Shown piece by piece: positions 33,631-43,100 of a DNA stretch of 64,000 nucleotides (its first letter is position 1; the number at the start of each line of letters is the position of its first letter). The notes beneath the pieces are model-generated. The model was not told the DNA's origin. It searched no databases and worked only from the letters and a program-made list of their open reading frames with translations. Origin of the DNA: an uncultured Verrucomicrobiae bacterium (GTDB lineage: Bacteria; Verrucomicrobiota; Verrucomicrobiia; Limisphaerales; JAFGQR01); assembly GCA_963788655.1 (NCBI GenBank), contig CAWBHS010000050.1, positions 16,954 through 80,953 on the forward strand, written 5' to 3'. Both the position numbers and the translations under genes were made by a program.

Positions 33631-35697
33631 TCAACTGTGGGGAGGTGTCCAGCGAAACATCATCACGTGGTTCAAACCGGCGTTTTCGAGGAACAGGACA
33701 TACTCACCGTTCTTGCGGAGGGTGACGTTCAGGGCGTTGTCCGAGTCAACGCATCCGCCGCTGCCTTTGAAGCCGTTGATGTCCGGCCGGATCGTGCCGA
33801 CGTATCCGCCGTCCTCCAGCCGATGGACGCGAATAGTCCATAGCCATAAGCGACGAAGAGGTATTTGCCGCGGGCCTGCATTGCCACCGGCGCGCCGCCG
33901 CCATAGCCGGTGTCGGGAGTGTAAGACTTGTCGTTGAGCGGCAGATTGATTTTCCAGCGCTTGATCCTCTTGGTCGGATCGGACCAATGATCGTAGCAGA
34001 CCAGCACGTTGCACGCGTTCTCGTCGGTGCCGGGTGAACCGCCGGCGATCATGATGTCGTCACCAGGGACGTAGAATAGCCGTCGAAGTCGGTCGCCGGT
34101 GAACTCCGGCGGGTACTGGTAAGAAACCTCGGAGGCCCGGCGATAGATGGGATTGCCGCGCGGGTCTATCCCTTCGCAAGGAAGATGGAAGATGGTCCCG
34201 TCTCCCGAGCATTGCCAGATGCCGGCAGCGGCATCCAGGTGCATGAAGCCCCAGCGGGGCTTCCGGTCCACCGAGGCGAACTCCGCAGCGTCTGGCGACA
34301 CCGTCGCCGTTCGTGTCGGTCCAGATGAAGGTTTCGGCGTCCTCCGGCCAGCGTTTGCCGTTCCCGGGGCGCCAGGTGCTGGCACCCGCCACATACCCGC
34401 ACGGGGCCGCCACACAGCCTTGCTCGCCGAACTTGTAGATCTCCAGGTTGCCGGTGCCCTGGGCGCCGCAGTAGAGGAAGAGCTTGCCGCCGATCCGCCG
34501 CACGCCATTGATCAGGCGATGGCTCGGGCCGTGGAGGTCCGTCACGCGGCTGTCGCTGGGATACTTGAACCGATCAACCGTCAGTCCAGCCAGTGACTGC
34601 TCGTGACCAGGCGGCTTGGCTCCAGTCCATGCTGAAGACGTTCTCCTTGGTGTAAACGAGGTTCTCATTGGCCGGGTCGGTGCAGGCCGTATCCAGCCAG
34701 TTGCCCAGGCCGTAAACGTCCCAGAGGCGTTGACCCGAAGGGGAATAGGCTTCGATCAAGGCGTTATACCAGGAGCCAAAGACACTGGCGACGTAGAGAT
34801 TGCCGGCCGCGTCGAAGCCGAGGCCGCGAATCCAATGGAACTTCTGGGGCTGGTATTTTCCCGGCTCGCCCGAAAAGATTCCGCCTTCCGTGCCAAAGGT
34901 GCCCACCTTCTTGGGGGTCCCCGAGACATCGTAGATCCAGACCTGGCTGTGCCGGTTCAACCCGCCCACGAGCAGACGACCCTTCGGATCAAACGTCAGC
35001 GCACAGGGGTTCTCGAAGTCGGTGATCTCCGGCCCGGGCTGACCGTCCTTGGAGAAGGAGATGATCTTCAGGCCGCCGGTAGATCGAACGGCTCCTTGCC
35101 GGGCTTGCCTTGAACGACCCAGATCCGACCGTCAGCACCGACAGCGATCGGTCCCGGGCTCGGGGCGGCGAAGGAGCGAACCTCCTTCATCGTCGCCGTC
35201 TCCAGGACCCGAATTCTGCCTGCCTTGGAATCGCTGAGGTAAAGCTCGCCGCTGCGCAAGGCCAGGCCGTGAATGCTGCCGCCGGTGCTCGGCGTGCGGT
35301 TGTAGGCCTCGTCCCCGAGGCGCGTGCGGAAGAGGCCGACCCCGGTGCCGATGTAAACGTAGGCGTCGTCCACCGCGACCGCGGACGCGCTGCTGCCAAA
35401 CCCGCTGTCATAGTCGTACTTGGTGACGAACTTGCCGGCCTTATACGAGGCGACTCCGCCGTAGCCTTCAGCCACACCCGCGGAGAAAACCGTCCCGTCC
35501 GGCGTCACGGCAATGGCGATGGCGGTGACCGGCACCGATTGGTGCCCCTTCTGAGTGGCGAACGAGTTCGCGAGCCAGGAATGGATGACGGTGCCAGGCA
35601 GGTCGCTCCCCGAAGGCGCGTCCCCGGCTTCGACACGACCCAAGTTGAGCGTGCAGAGGCAGGCCAGCGTTAATTTATGGAAATAGTGTTTTCGCAC
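33631..35697 (-). CDS. Secreted NHL/beta-propeller protein; several frameshifts
   Basis: Signal peptide; AIAVTPDG, IAVGADGRIWV, GLGFDAAGNLYV, FIWTDTNGDG. It starts just after the attC R' box at 35741. Confidence 0.65.
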
Positions 35698-35740
35698 AAA
35701 ATGTCCGTGTTCACTTTCGGACGGAGGCAGCCCTTCCACC

Positions 35741-35833
35741 GCCCAACGTCCCGCATCAGTGACCCCGCGCCACTGATGCTCAGATTGAAACCGCAGCGCC
35801 CTCGCGGGGTTCGCTGCATGCGGTTCGTTAGAC
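35741..35833 (-). other. attC site (cassette 4)
   Basis: R'' GTCTAAC (contains the gene's TAA), internal palindrome CCGCATGCAGCGAACCCCGCG/CGCGGGGTCACTGATGCGG, R' GTTGGGC. Confidence 0.88.
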
Positions 35834-36157
35834 ACGTTTCTTTTCATTTGCAGCTTTCCGAAAGATCACATGCGTTGCGAGGCCAGTGATTATGCCTAGC
35901 ACAAGCCATTGAAGAACTACCGCGAATGGCAATGCGGTCCAGGCGGCGATACCTTCGCTCGGCCTCGATATGAACGCCCATGCGTAAACCAAACCAACAG
36001 CCGGGACATGGATTGCCTCATAGAAGCGGTAACCCGCCGGGTGCTCCGTAATCCAAGTTTGGACTGACTCAATCCAACAAGGAGAAGAGAACACTAATCC
36101 GAGCAAGACGCCCAACAGGCCCGAAACTTTCAAGCGATTCGATAAGGACGGTCGCAT
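35828..36157 (-). CDS. Gene cassette 4: small membrane protein
   Basis: ATG 2 nt after R' GTTAGAC; about 3 hydrophobic segments; stop inside R''. Confidence 0.7.
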   Translation of the reverse strand: MRPSLSNRLKVSGLLGVLLGLVFSSPCWIESVQTWITEHPAGYRFYEAIHVPAVGLVYAWAFISRPSEGIAAWTALPFAVVLQWLVLGIITGLATHVIFRKAANEKKRV

Positions 36158-36159
36158 AC

Positions 36160-36260
36160 GTCTAACGACAAGACCAGCGACGGGAGCCAGCCGCCCCTGA
36201 TGTTCGATTTGTGTCTGCGCTGAACGGCTGGCTCCCGTTCGCTGAACCGTTTGGTTGAAC
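36160..36260 (-). other. attC site (cassette 3)
   Basis: R'' GTTCAAC, palindrome CAGCGAACGGGAGCCAGCCG/CGGCTGGCTCCCGTCGCTG with an extrahelical base, R' GTTAGAC. Confidence 0.88.
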
Positions 36261-36563
36261 AATCTCTTCATCTTTGGCCGCCGAGCTTATCGCATCATAG
36301 GGAAGCAGGAGCGTGTCGATCGCCAAGGAAATCGGCAAATCAACGATCCCCACAATACAAGCGCCTGCCTTCTTCCCGGCTGACCCCTGGAAAGAGCTAC
36401 GGCAAGGTGCCGTGATCAGACCGCCATCGACGCAGGTTGCAGCATATACAGGGGGGAATGGTTCGCTAAGCTCGTGACGCCACGACGTTCTGGTAGCGAT
36501 GGTCCCACATCCCGTGCAGAGGCAGACAAGGCTGGCCGAGACAATGCAAAAACAGGCTTTCAC
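36162..36563 (-). CDS. Gene cassette 3: YceK/YidQ-family lipoprotein
   Basis: Lipobox CTGC-GTI, VYAAT..D, IVDLPISLAIDTLLLPYD; reads through the attC. Confidence 0.8.
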   Translation of the reverse strand: MKACFCIVSASLVCLCTGCGTIATRTSWRHELSEPFPPVYAATCVDGGLITAPCRSSFQGSAGKKAGACIVGIVDLPISLAIDTLLLPYDAISSAAKDEEIVQPNGSANGSQPFSADTNRTSGAAGSRRWSCR

Positions 36564-36571
36564 AAGTATGC

Positions 36572-38791
36572 ACCGGGTAGGTGCAGGCGGTTAGCCCGCC
36601 CACACCCCCCTAAGAACCGTGCGTGAAAGTTTCCCTTCACACGGCTCAAGCCTTTCTAAGGACACGCCCGTGCGGGGTGTCCCGGCAATCTGTTGGATTA
36701 ACGTCAGCATCCTGAGGCCCCTTATACGCTCGCCAGGACCATTCGACCAGTCCTTTCGCACGGCAAGGTCCGCCACGCAAAACAGCGGCGGCGCTCAAAA
36801 TACTGGGTGTAGTTCCGGGTCGTAGGGAGTTGGCCTCCCCCCGGACCTTGATATGACGTTCCAACACCGGTGCGGGCAATGGAATACAGTCGCAGCACCT
36901 TTGCTTCCCCGGTGCGCGGTCCGCATCGCGGGCGAAGAATCCCCAAGTGGTCTCCGATGGCTGAAGTATTTGCGCTTCAGCCAACGCGTAGGATTTCTTG
37001 GGATGTCGTCCGCCGCGCCCAGCGCAGGAGCTGGTAGCGGACGATTCGTTCCATGCGCCAAAACGCTTCGGCCGAACAGCACGTGGCGATGATAGTTGGC
37101 CCAGCCCCGAAGCATCGGGTTGAGCTTTCGGATCAGCGTTTCCGCGCGTTTGTCCGACCGCGCGTTTGATGCACTCGCGGATTTTCTGCACCAACGCCTT
37201 CACCCCGTCCTTGGCGGGTTTGATGAGCAGTTTGTTCCCGTATTTGCGCACGTTCTGTCCCAGAAAGTTGAACCCCGTTTCGTATGTGGGTGATCACGGT
37301 CTTTTGCTCGGAGAGTTCCAGACCGCGTTCGGCCAGGAAGGCCACCACGGCGGGTTTGACGATCTGTTCGAGGGTTTCGCGTTTGCGGGCGGTCACCACG
37401 AAGTCATCCGCGTAACGGATGAAGTTGACCTGGTCGCGTCGTATTTTGATCCGGCTGCGGATCGCCGCTTCCATTCCGTCCAACGTCAGGTTGGCAAGGA
37501 GGGGCGAAATAATCCCGCCCTGTGGGGTGCCTTCCAGCGTCGGGAACAGACGGCCTTTTTCCCAGTAGCCAGCCTCCAGCCATTGGCGTAGCATCCTCTT
37601 GTCCATCGGAATGGACTTGAGAAGCCACGCGTGGCTGATCCGGTCGAAACAGGCTTTGATGTCGCCTTCGAGCACCCAGACCGGCGCGTAGCTTTTGGCC
37701 AGTGCGCAGAAGCACTGGCCGATGGCGTCGGCGCAGGAGCGGCCTTCCCGGAACCCGTAGGAGTTGCGGTCGCCGAGGGTTTCGGCGATGGGTTTGAGGG
37801 CCAGCGCGTGGAGCGCTTGCATGGCGCGGTCCCGCAGGGTGGGGATGCTCAACGGGCGCAGCTTGCCGTTTTTCTTGGGATGTAGTGCCGGCGCAAGGGT
37901 AGCGGCCGGTAACCACGACGTTTCAGGTTCTGTACTGCGGTGAATTTCTGTCTGTCAGTCCTCCATATCACGTTGTCCACACCGGGGGTTTTGGCCCCCT
38001 TGTTTCCCGTCACCCGCTTGACGGCCAAAAGCTTGGCCGAGCGCGAGTGGGTGAGCAGCCACGACAGGGCTTTGGCCTTGCCGTGTTGTCCTGCTCGGAT
38101 TGCCTTTGCAATACGCAACTGTAGCCTCCTGACATCACGCCGGACTTTGGGCCAATCAATGGCTTTCCAGTTCGACGCTTTGTTGGAGGACGCACCAAAG
38201 GATCGCTCCTTCGTCATTTGCTTTTCCTCCTCAAGGATGGTTCGACGGTTTCTCTTGCAAAGAGAGACCTGACCGACGTGGGCATATCCGGTCGCATTAC
38301 ACACCGGCCTTGGCTTGTTCGGTCTTCTCAATGCTGCCTCCGCTTCCCTGCCTTGCGGTTGGGGCGGCCACGACCGGCGTGGCCCGGAGCGACAGCGTTT
38401 CCATGTTCTGCATTCGATACGGGAGAGGTTAGGTCCGCTCTGCTACACCGGCAGTGCTTGTGAGTGTGCGCCGGGCCACGTTAGACAACCCGGACTCGAC
38501 TGCTTGCCATTTTGGCTCGAGCCTTGAACAGCCTCTTATGGCTCGTTTCTCTTGACGATGCTTAAAAGCGTTTATTGGTTTAACCATACTCTCGGACTCT
38601 AGCGCTCCCCCGGCTTGAGGCTGCCAGGTTCGCTACATTACCGGGAAGGCTTCATACCCCTGACAGTAGATCTCGACGATCGGACAGCCCGCCAGACGCA
38701 TGCTTCCGTGGAGTACCTGCGGACACACGCAGGGCTTGGTCAGGATTCATAACTCCCGCCAAGCAGTACCGAATACAACTTCATGTCACAA
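36572..38791 (-). mobile_element. Group II intron (CL1/IIB-like) inserted in an attC R' box
   Basis: 5' end TTGTGACATGAAG; EBS1 loop CTAACG at 38479-38484; domain V GAGCCGTGTGAAGGGAAACTTTCACGCACGGTTC (36614-36647); domain VI with bulged A at 36578. The flanks rejoin as GTTAG|GC. Confidence 0.92.
36722..38217 (-). CDS. ltrA: Group II intron reverse transcriptase/maturase (RVT_N + RT + X, no HNH); several frameshifts
   Basis: GAGGAG RBS; WKAIDW..VRRLQLRIAKA, NKGAKTPGVD, IPTLRDRAMQ, SYGFR.GRS, EGDIKACFD, GTPQGGIISPLLAN, RYADDF, LRGWANY, HIKVRGEAN. Confidence 0.92.
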
Positions 38792-38885
38792 CTAACGGTC
38801 AGGTCACCGACGGCGGCCCCTCCGTGACTCCCGAGTTGCCCGGCGGCCTTACGGGGCCGCCATTCGGTGAACTGGCTGGTTCGGT
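38792..38885 (-). other. attC site (cassette 2), R' interrupted by the intron
   Basis: R'' ACCGAAC, palindrome CACCGAATGGCGGCCCC/GGGGCCGCCGTCGGTG, R' GTTAG|intron|GC. Confidence 0.85.
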
Positions 38886-39134
38886 GATGATCCTCAATTT
38901 CCAGAAGCGGTAACTAGCTCCGAGGGCAAAACCAACCGTCGCCAACGCCAGGAAAAACAGGCCGAGGCTCTCAATGGCATTCTCGCGCGTATTCAATCCA
39001 AATATCTCCGCAAATCTCTGGACCGTATCGCCAACGAGACAGATCGGAAAACCAACCAGCATAGCAATGATCGCGATGGTCAAGCCGGACCAGACAGCCG
39101 AACCAAGCAACGCACTGGTGTGGGGTGTTGTCAT
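38799..39134 (-). CDS. Gene cassette 2: small two-TM membrane protein
   Basis: ATG shortly after R' GTTTGGC; two hydrophobic helices; the tail is encoded by the attC. Confidence 0.65.
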   Translation of the reverse strand: MTTPHTSALLGSAVWSGLTIAIIAMLVGFPICLVGDTVQRFAEIFGLNTRENAIESLGLFFLALATVGFALGASYRFWKLRIITEPASSPNGGPVRPPGNSGVTEGPPSVT

Positions 39135-39148
39135 AAGTGACGCATCAC

Positions 39149-39274
39149 GCCAAACGATAGAACTCACCGAATGCCGCCGGGAACAGGCGCTGGCAGCGAG
39201 TCCAACATCCGAAGAATTCTGCGCCGCGAAACTGCAGCGCGTGGCCGCAGTTCAGGGCAGAGATCTGGTTCAGC
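39149..39274 (-). other. attC site (cassette 1)
   Basis: R'' GCTGAAC 4 nt after the stop, imperfect internal palindrome, R' GTTTGGC. Confidence 0.7.
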
Positions 39275-39278
39275 GTTT

Positions 39279-39736
39279 TCATGTCTGTGGTGGACGCACA
39301 AATAAGCTGCCGAAGGCCAAAGCGACCGACAAGCTGTTGGCGGCACAAAGCCACCAGAACACTCGCCTACCGATCTTCTGTCGAAATGCGTATCGCAGCA
39401 CAAGCCACTCCAGAATGCCGTTAATAAAAACTGCAAACAGGCAAGTCGCTGTCCAAGTGCCGGGATTGAAAGTCCCGATGTCAAAAATCTTATAGAGGAT
39501 GAGGCCAGGGAAATACTCCCACGCGATGCCGACAACTGGAATGAGGATGGCGCCAGCAATGCCGATGCGGCATTCATGCTCAAGTCGGCAACGACACACA
39601 TGCGCAAACTCAATGTGGTCAACCAGCGCACAAAGAAAAACTCCACGACAAGGCCCAACCCGATGGCCCACCAAGAGAATAACCGCTGTTCCAGAAACAG
39701 CGCGGGCCAGACGACATCAGCGAAAATGGATGTCAT
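39279..39736 (-). CDS. Gene cassette 1: membrane protein; frameshift ~39555
   Basis: ADVVWPALFL...MNAASALL joins GAILIPVVGIAWE...WWLCAANSLSV. Confidence 0.7.
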
Positions 39737-39783
39737 GTGTGCAAGCGGTCAATGCGCCGAATGCTGTTTCGACGTACCAAGGG

Positions 39784-39842
39784 GTTGAACAACAGAATTA
39801 GGCAGAAAAAGCGCTGGCCTTATTTCGTTGGGCAGAATTTCC
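39784..39842 (-). other. attI-like site heading the cassette array
   Basis: Minus strand TTCTGCCCAAC...TTCTGCCTAAT-TCTGTT-GTTCAAC. The R box matches the reverse complement of cassette 1 R'' at 6/7; direct repeats upstream; no attC palindrome. Confidence 0.55.
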
Positions 39843-39942
39843 AATTCCATCACGTATGAATTCAAGATCACGCTCTTAGAAAGTCAATCCCTGTTTCCCA
39901 CCGCGATCCAGGCATCCAGGCGAAAGTTTCCGCAGGCTTACC

Positions 39943-40287
39943 CTACCAGTGGTGTCTCTTTACGTTTCCAGTCACGTCATCCACATGGATAAAAAGAGTG
40001 CCATCAGGCGTGGGTGGGATCACTTCGAAAACAACCATCCACTCTCGAGTGGGTAATCCTCGAAATTCGTAAACTGCCTCACACTCCGAGAAACGCTTTA
40101 GTTTGTATCCTTTGCTGGTAAGCCAATCCCTCGCAATCTGGCGCACCTCGGTTTCACTCAGACGCTGCTTCCAGTCCGCCAACACAGGAGACGAACGTGG
40201 TGGGGGAGGCTGATAGACAGCACGGTGGCGCAAACAGCCAGCAGCCAATACCAAAACCATCAGACTGCTTTTGGCGAAGATCCTCAC
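39943..40287 (-). CDS. Small lipoprotein (PepSY-like C-terminus)
   Basis: Lipobox LAAGC; W.V.F...IHVDDVTG; GTGA overlap with the upstream stop. Confidence 0.55.
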   Translation of the reverse strand: MRIFAKSSLMVLVLAAGCLRHRAVYQPPPPRSSPVLADWKQRLSETEVRQIARDWLTSKGYKLKRFSECEAVYEFRGLPTREWMVVFEVIPPTPDGTLFIHVDDVTGNVKRHHW

Positions 40288-41459
40288 GGAACGATCTTCA
40301 GTTGCTGCAACAATTCCATGAGGCAATCGCGCATCGCAGCCTCGTAATCCTTGGCGGCGGTAATTCGCAGCAGTTCCAGGTTGGGTTTGGCGGGAGAATG
40401 GTTGATGCGCGTCTTGCCCATATCATCGACTGCGACGCCGGCTGGCACAAACGTGAACACCGGCGTTGGTTGACAGTCTGCCGGTAGCTTGGCTGCTGAA
40501 TGCCAGCCATCTTGCCGCCGGTAAATGCTCCGGCCGGCGGCGTGCAGCAGGCTGGCGGTACACCACATATTGCGGTCCATTTTCCAGACGAGCTGCCGCC
40601 AGGGACGCAGGTTCTGTCGCATGGCTTGCAGCGGATTCAGTTCGTCGGGACGCACGGTTTGCAGCGCATAGATGAAGAAGTTCTGCAAGGCCGGCGGGGC
40701 GGTTTCGAGCACGTCGGCCTGATGGAATTTCCAATAGCTGCTGTACACGGTATTGGATGCCCCCCGTTGGATGGGAAAGCATGGGCACCAATAGATCGGC
40801 AGCCCGGAGCGCATCAGCCCCACATACGCGTGCGGATCAAGCTGCACGTTCCATTCCGTGCCGCCGGCATCGGCGTTGCCCATGTTGAGATACATCCGAC
40901 CTACCCCGCGGCGGAGCAACTCGGGCTCGCGATTGTAGGCCGCGCAAAGGTCGCGGGCGCTCCCGGTGGCAATGATCGTGACCGGTTCGCGCGAAGTGCG
41001 CAGGACGGTCAGCAACAATTCGACCGCCGCCTGGAATTGCGCCGGCCGGCGGCGTCCGTCGTCTTGCGGGGAAGCGAGTTTCTGGTCCAAGCCGATGGCG
41101 TACGGCACCGACCGCCCGGTCAGTTGTTCCATTTGCTGGACGGGCACACGCCCCGGCATTTGCAATTGCTTCTCACCCTGGTCCAGCAGGATGGCTTTCA
41201 CGTCCAATTCCGGGAGGGCAAAGAGCGTGGCCAGATCGAAATGGTCGTCCGGATCAACGTGCGGATGAAACAGGTCGGTGGAATAGATAACCGGCACGCG
41301 CGGATCGGGCGAACTGGCTGCTTCAGCCGCGCTGGCCGGGAGCAGGGACATGACCAGCAGCGGGCAAAACAAAATTTTGAAAGTCCGGGATGAATAGTAA
41401 CTTACCCAAGGCCAGCGGCCGACCGCGCTCCGCCAGAATCGATGGTTCAAAATGTGCAT
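40284..41459 (-). CDS. Secreted nucleoside hydrolase-like protein
   Basis: VIYSTDLFHPHVDPDDHFDL, IIATGS, EWNVQLDP. Confidence 0.7.
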   Translation of the reverse strand: MHILNHRFWRSAVGRWPWVSYYSSRTFKILFCPLLVMSLLPASAAEAASSPDPRVPVIYSTDLFHPHVDPDDHFDLATLFALPELDVKAILLDQGEKQLQMPGRVPVQQMEQLTGRSVPYAIGLDQKLASPQDDGRRRPAQFQAAVELLLTVLRTSREPVTIIATGSARDLCAAYNREPELLRRGVGRMYLNMGNADAGGTEWNVQLDPHAYVGLMRSGLPIYWCPCFPIQRGASNTVYSSYWKFHQADVLETAPPALQNFFIYALQTVRPDELNPLQAMRQNLRPWRQLVWKMDRNMWCTASLLHAAGRSIYRRQDGWHSAAKLPADCQPTPVFTFVPAGVAVDDMGKTRINHSPAKPNLELLRITAAKDYEAAMRDCLMELLQQLKIVP

Positions 41460-41538
41460 GATTAAAAAGTGTGATCGGGCCTGATTATTCTATCCAACCA
41501 CGATTGGTTCCGGCGCGATGAAGCCCCTTCCAGAACCT

Positions 41539-41709
41539 GGTAGGGCGAGACTCCGTCGAGCCGTGATTTCCCAGAGCGTGTCCGCCCAATCAATTACCGC
41601 GCAGAGGAAGATCATTGATATTCGAACACCGAAGGCTTCCCGCGTTGACATTGTCGGGCAGGTGGAAACGACGCGGAAAAACTTGGGCTCGACTGAGTCT
41701 CGTCCTACC
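41539..41709. repeat. Inverted REP pair
   Basis: GGTAGGGCGAGACTCCGTCGAGCC ... GGCTCGACTGAGTCTCGTCCTACC. Confidence 0.8.
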
Positions 41710-41783
41710 GCATCGGTCGTTCGAGTGAATTCATGTCCGTTCGTGGTTTTCAACGGTGTTAACACTAGTTTGGTTTGGCTTGC

Positions 41784-43100
41784 CTAACGAACCATCAGTT
41801 CGAACTGGTTCGCCTGGCCGCGTTGCCAATGGACGTCTTGGGAAACGCGGCGGCCATCGGGCAGTCGGGCTGTGATACGGTGTGTTCCGTAGAACGCGCG
41901 CACGGCAACCTCGCCCTTTTCGTTGGTGCGGCTTTCGTGCTGGGTCCACCACTTGCCTTTGATCAGTTCCATCAACCGGTCGTAAACCGGCTTGGGTGAC
42001 ATGTCTTTGCGCACCCAGCCGGCGGCGGCTCCTTGCCACGCGCCATTATCGGAAAAGTCCCACCAGGTAATCGCCTCGACGCTGGGATGCGCAAAGAGCG
42101 TGGTGTAAAATCGGGGAACGTAATCCGCCTGTTTGGCTTCCAACTCCGGGGTCGTGGGTCCCCAATTCTCGCCGGGACCGGTGCGCGGACCGCTGACGAT
42201 GGTGGTTTCAGTGAAATGAATCGGCACGCCCAGTTTGCGATAAGTGTCGCAGACCTCCCATACGCGCCGCAACGGCCAGCCGCCACCATGCATGTGGCTT
42301 TGGATGCCGATGGTGTCGAACAACAACTTCCCGCCTTCGCGCAGGCCGTCGAGGATCTTGTAATACGGTGGATCGGTGCGGTAGTCGTTGACGAGCAACG
42401 TGGCTTGCGGATTGGCCGCCCGGGCGATCTTCAAATGCTCCGTTACGTACGGCACCGCTCCCAGGGACATCGCCCATTCGCCCAGGCGCGTCTTGAAACG
42501 GCCCAGGTGCGTGGGCTCGTTCACCACGTCCCACATATCGATCCGGCTTTGGTACCGCGAGACAATGTCGCGCACGCGAGCATGGGACAGCTCGCTGATT
42601 TCAGCAAAGTCCTGCGGCAACCACTTGGGATCGGCGTAATCCCAAACCAGCGGGTGACCTTTGCAAGTGATGCCGTGCTGCCGGGACCAGGCGGCCACCG
42701 CGTCCGTGTACTCGTAAATGGGCTTGCCGCGCTGCGGTTCGTAATAGGGCCAGTAAAAACCGAGCGTCGCATAATTGAGCAGCGCCGCGAACCGGTCGCG
42801 ATAGTCCGTTTCAAGCTGTGGATTTCGGAGTCGTCCAAAGCGAAAAAAGTTGCAACCAAACAGAAAGTCATGGTGCAACTGCTCCACCTTGACGGTAGCG
42901 CCGGGAACTGGTTTGCCATCTGTCTCCAGCACGCGGACAACGCCGTCGCCCTGGCGGTGTTTCGCAATGCGCTCGGGACAGCGCTCCAATATTTCGTCGT
43001 CAGTTGCTTGGGCTGCTTGGGCATTCGCTCGCCAAGCCGGCGGGCAGGCCAGCAACGCGGTAGTGCCGGCCGTCGTTTTCAGGAAGGATCGTCGATTCAT
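41784..43100 (-). CDS. Tat-exported GH10 endo-1,4-beta-xylanase family protein
   Basis: NRRSFLK, KGHPLVW, WDVVNEP, GIQSHMH, HFTET, ITWWD. Confidence 0.9.
   Translation of the reverse strand: MNRRSFLKTTAGTTALLACPPAWRANAQAAQATDDEILERCPERIAKHRQGDGVVRVLETDGKPVPGATVKVEQLHHDFLFGCNFFRFGRLRNPQLETDYRDRFAALLNYATLGFYWPYYEPQRGKPIYEYTDAVAAWSRQHGITCKGHPLVWDYADPKWLPQDFAEISELSHARVRDIVSRYQSRIDMWDVVNEPTHLGRFKTRLGEWAMSLGAVPYVTEHLKIARAANPQATLLVNDYRTDPPYYKILDGLREGGKLLFDTIGIQSHMHGGGWPLRRVWEVCDTYRKLGVPIHFTETTIVSGPRTGPGENWGPTTPELEAKQADYVPRFYTTLFAHPSVEAITWWDFSDNGAWQGAAAGWVRKDMSPKPVYDRLMELIKGKWWTQHESRTNEKGEVAVRAFYGTHRITARLPDGRRVSQDVHWQRGQANQFELMVR

Noticed and set aside
36722..38217. RT as a retron, DGR or defence RT
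   Set aside because: Domains V/VI, EBS1 and the maturase domain identify a group II intron; no TR/VR pair or msr-msd is seen.
35741..39274. Spaced palindromes as a CRISPR array
   Set aside because: They are non-identical, ~100 bp, separated by whole genes and bounded by RYYYAAC/GTTRRRY-like boxes; no cas genes.
39850..39890. Pc-like promoter (minus-strand TTGACT)
   Set aside because: No convincing -10 at the proper spacing.
39845..41459. Integron integrase next to the attI-like site
   Set aside because: Neighbouring ORFs are a lipoprotein and a nucleoside hydrolase-like protein; no tyrosine-recombinase motifs.
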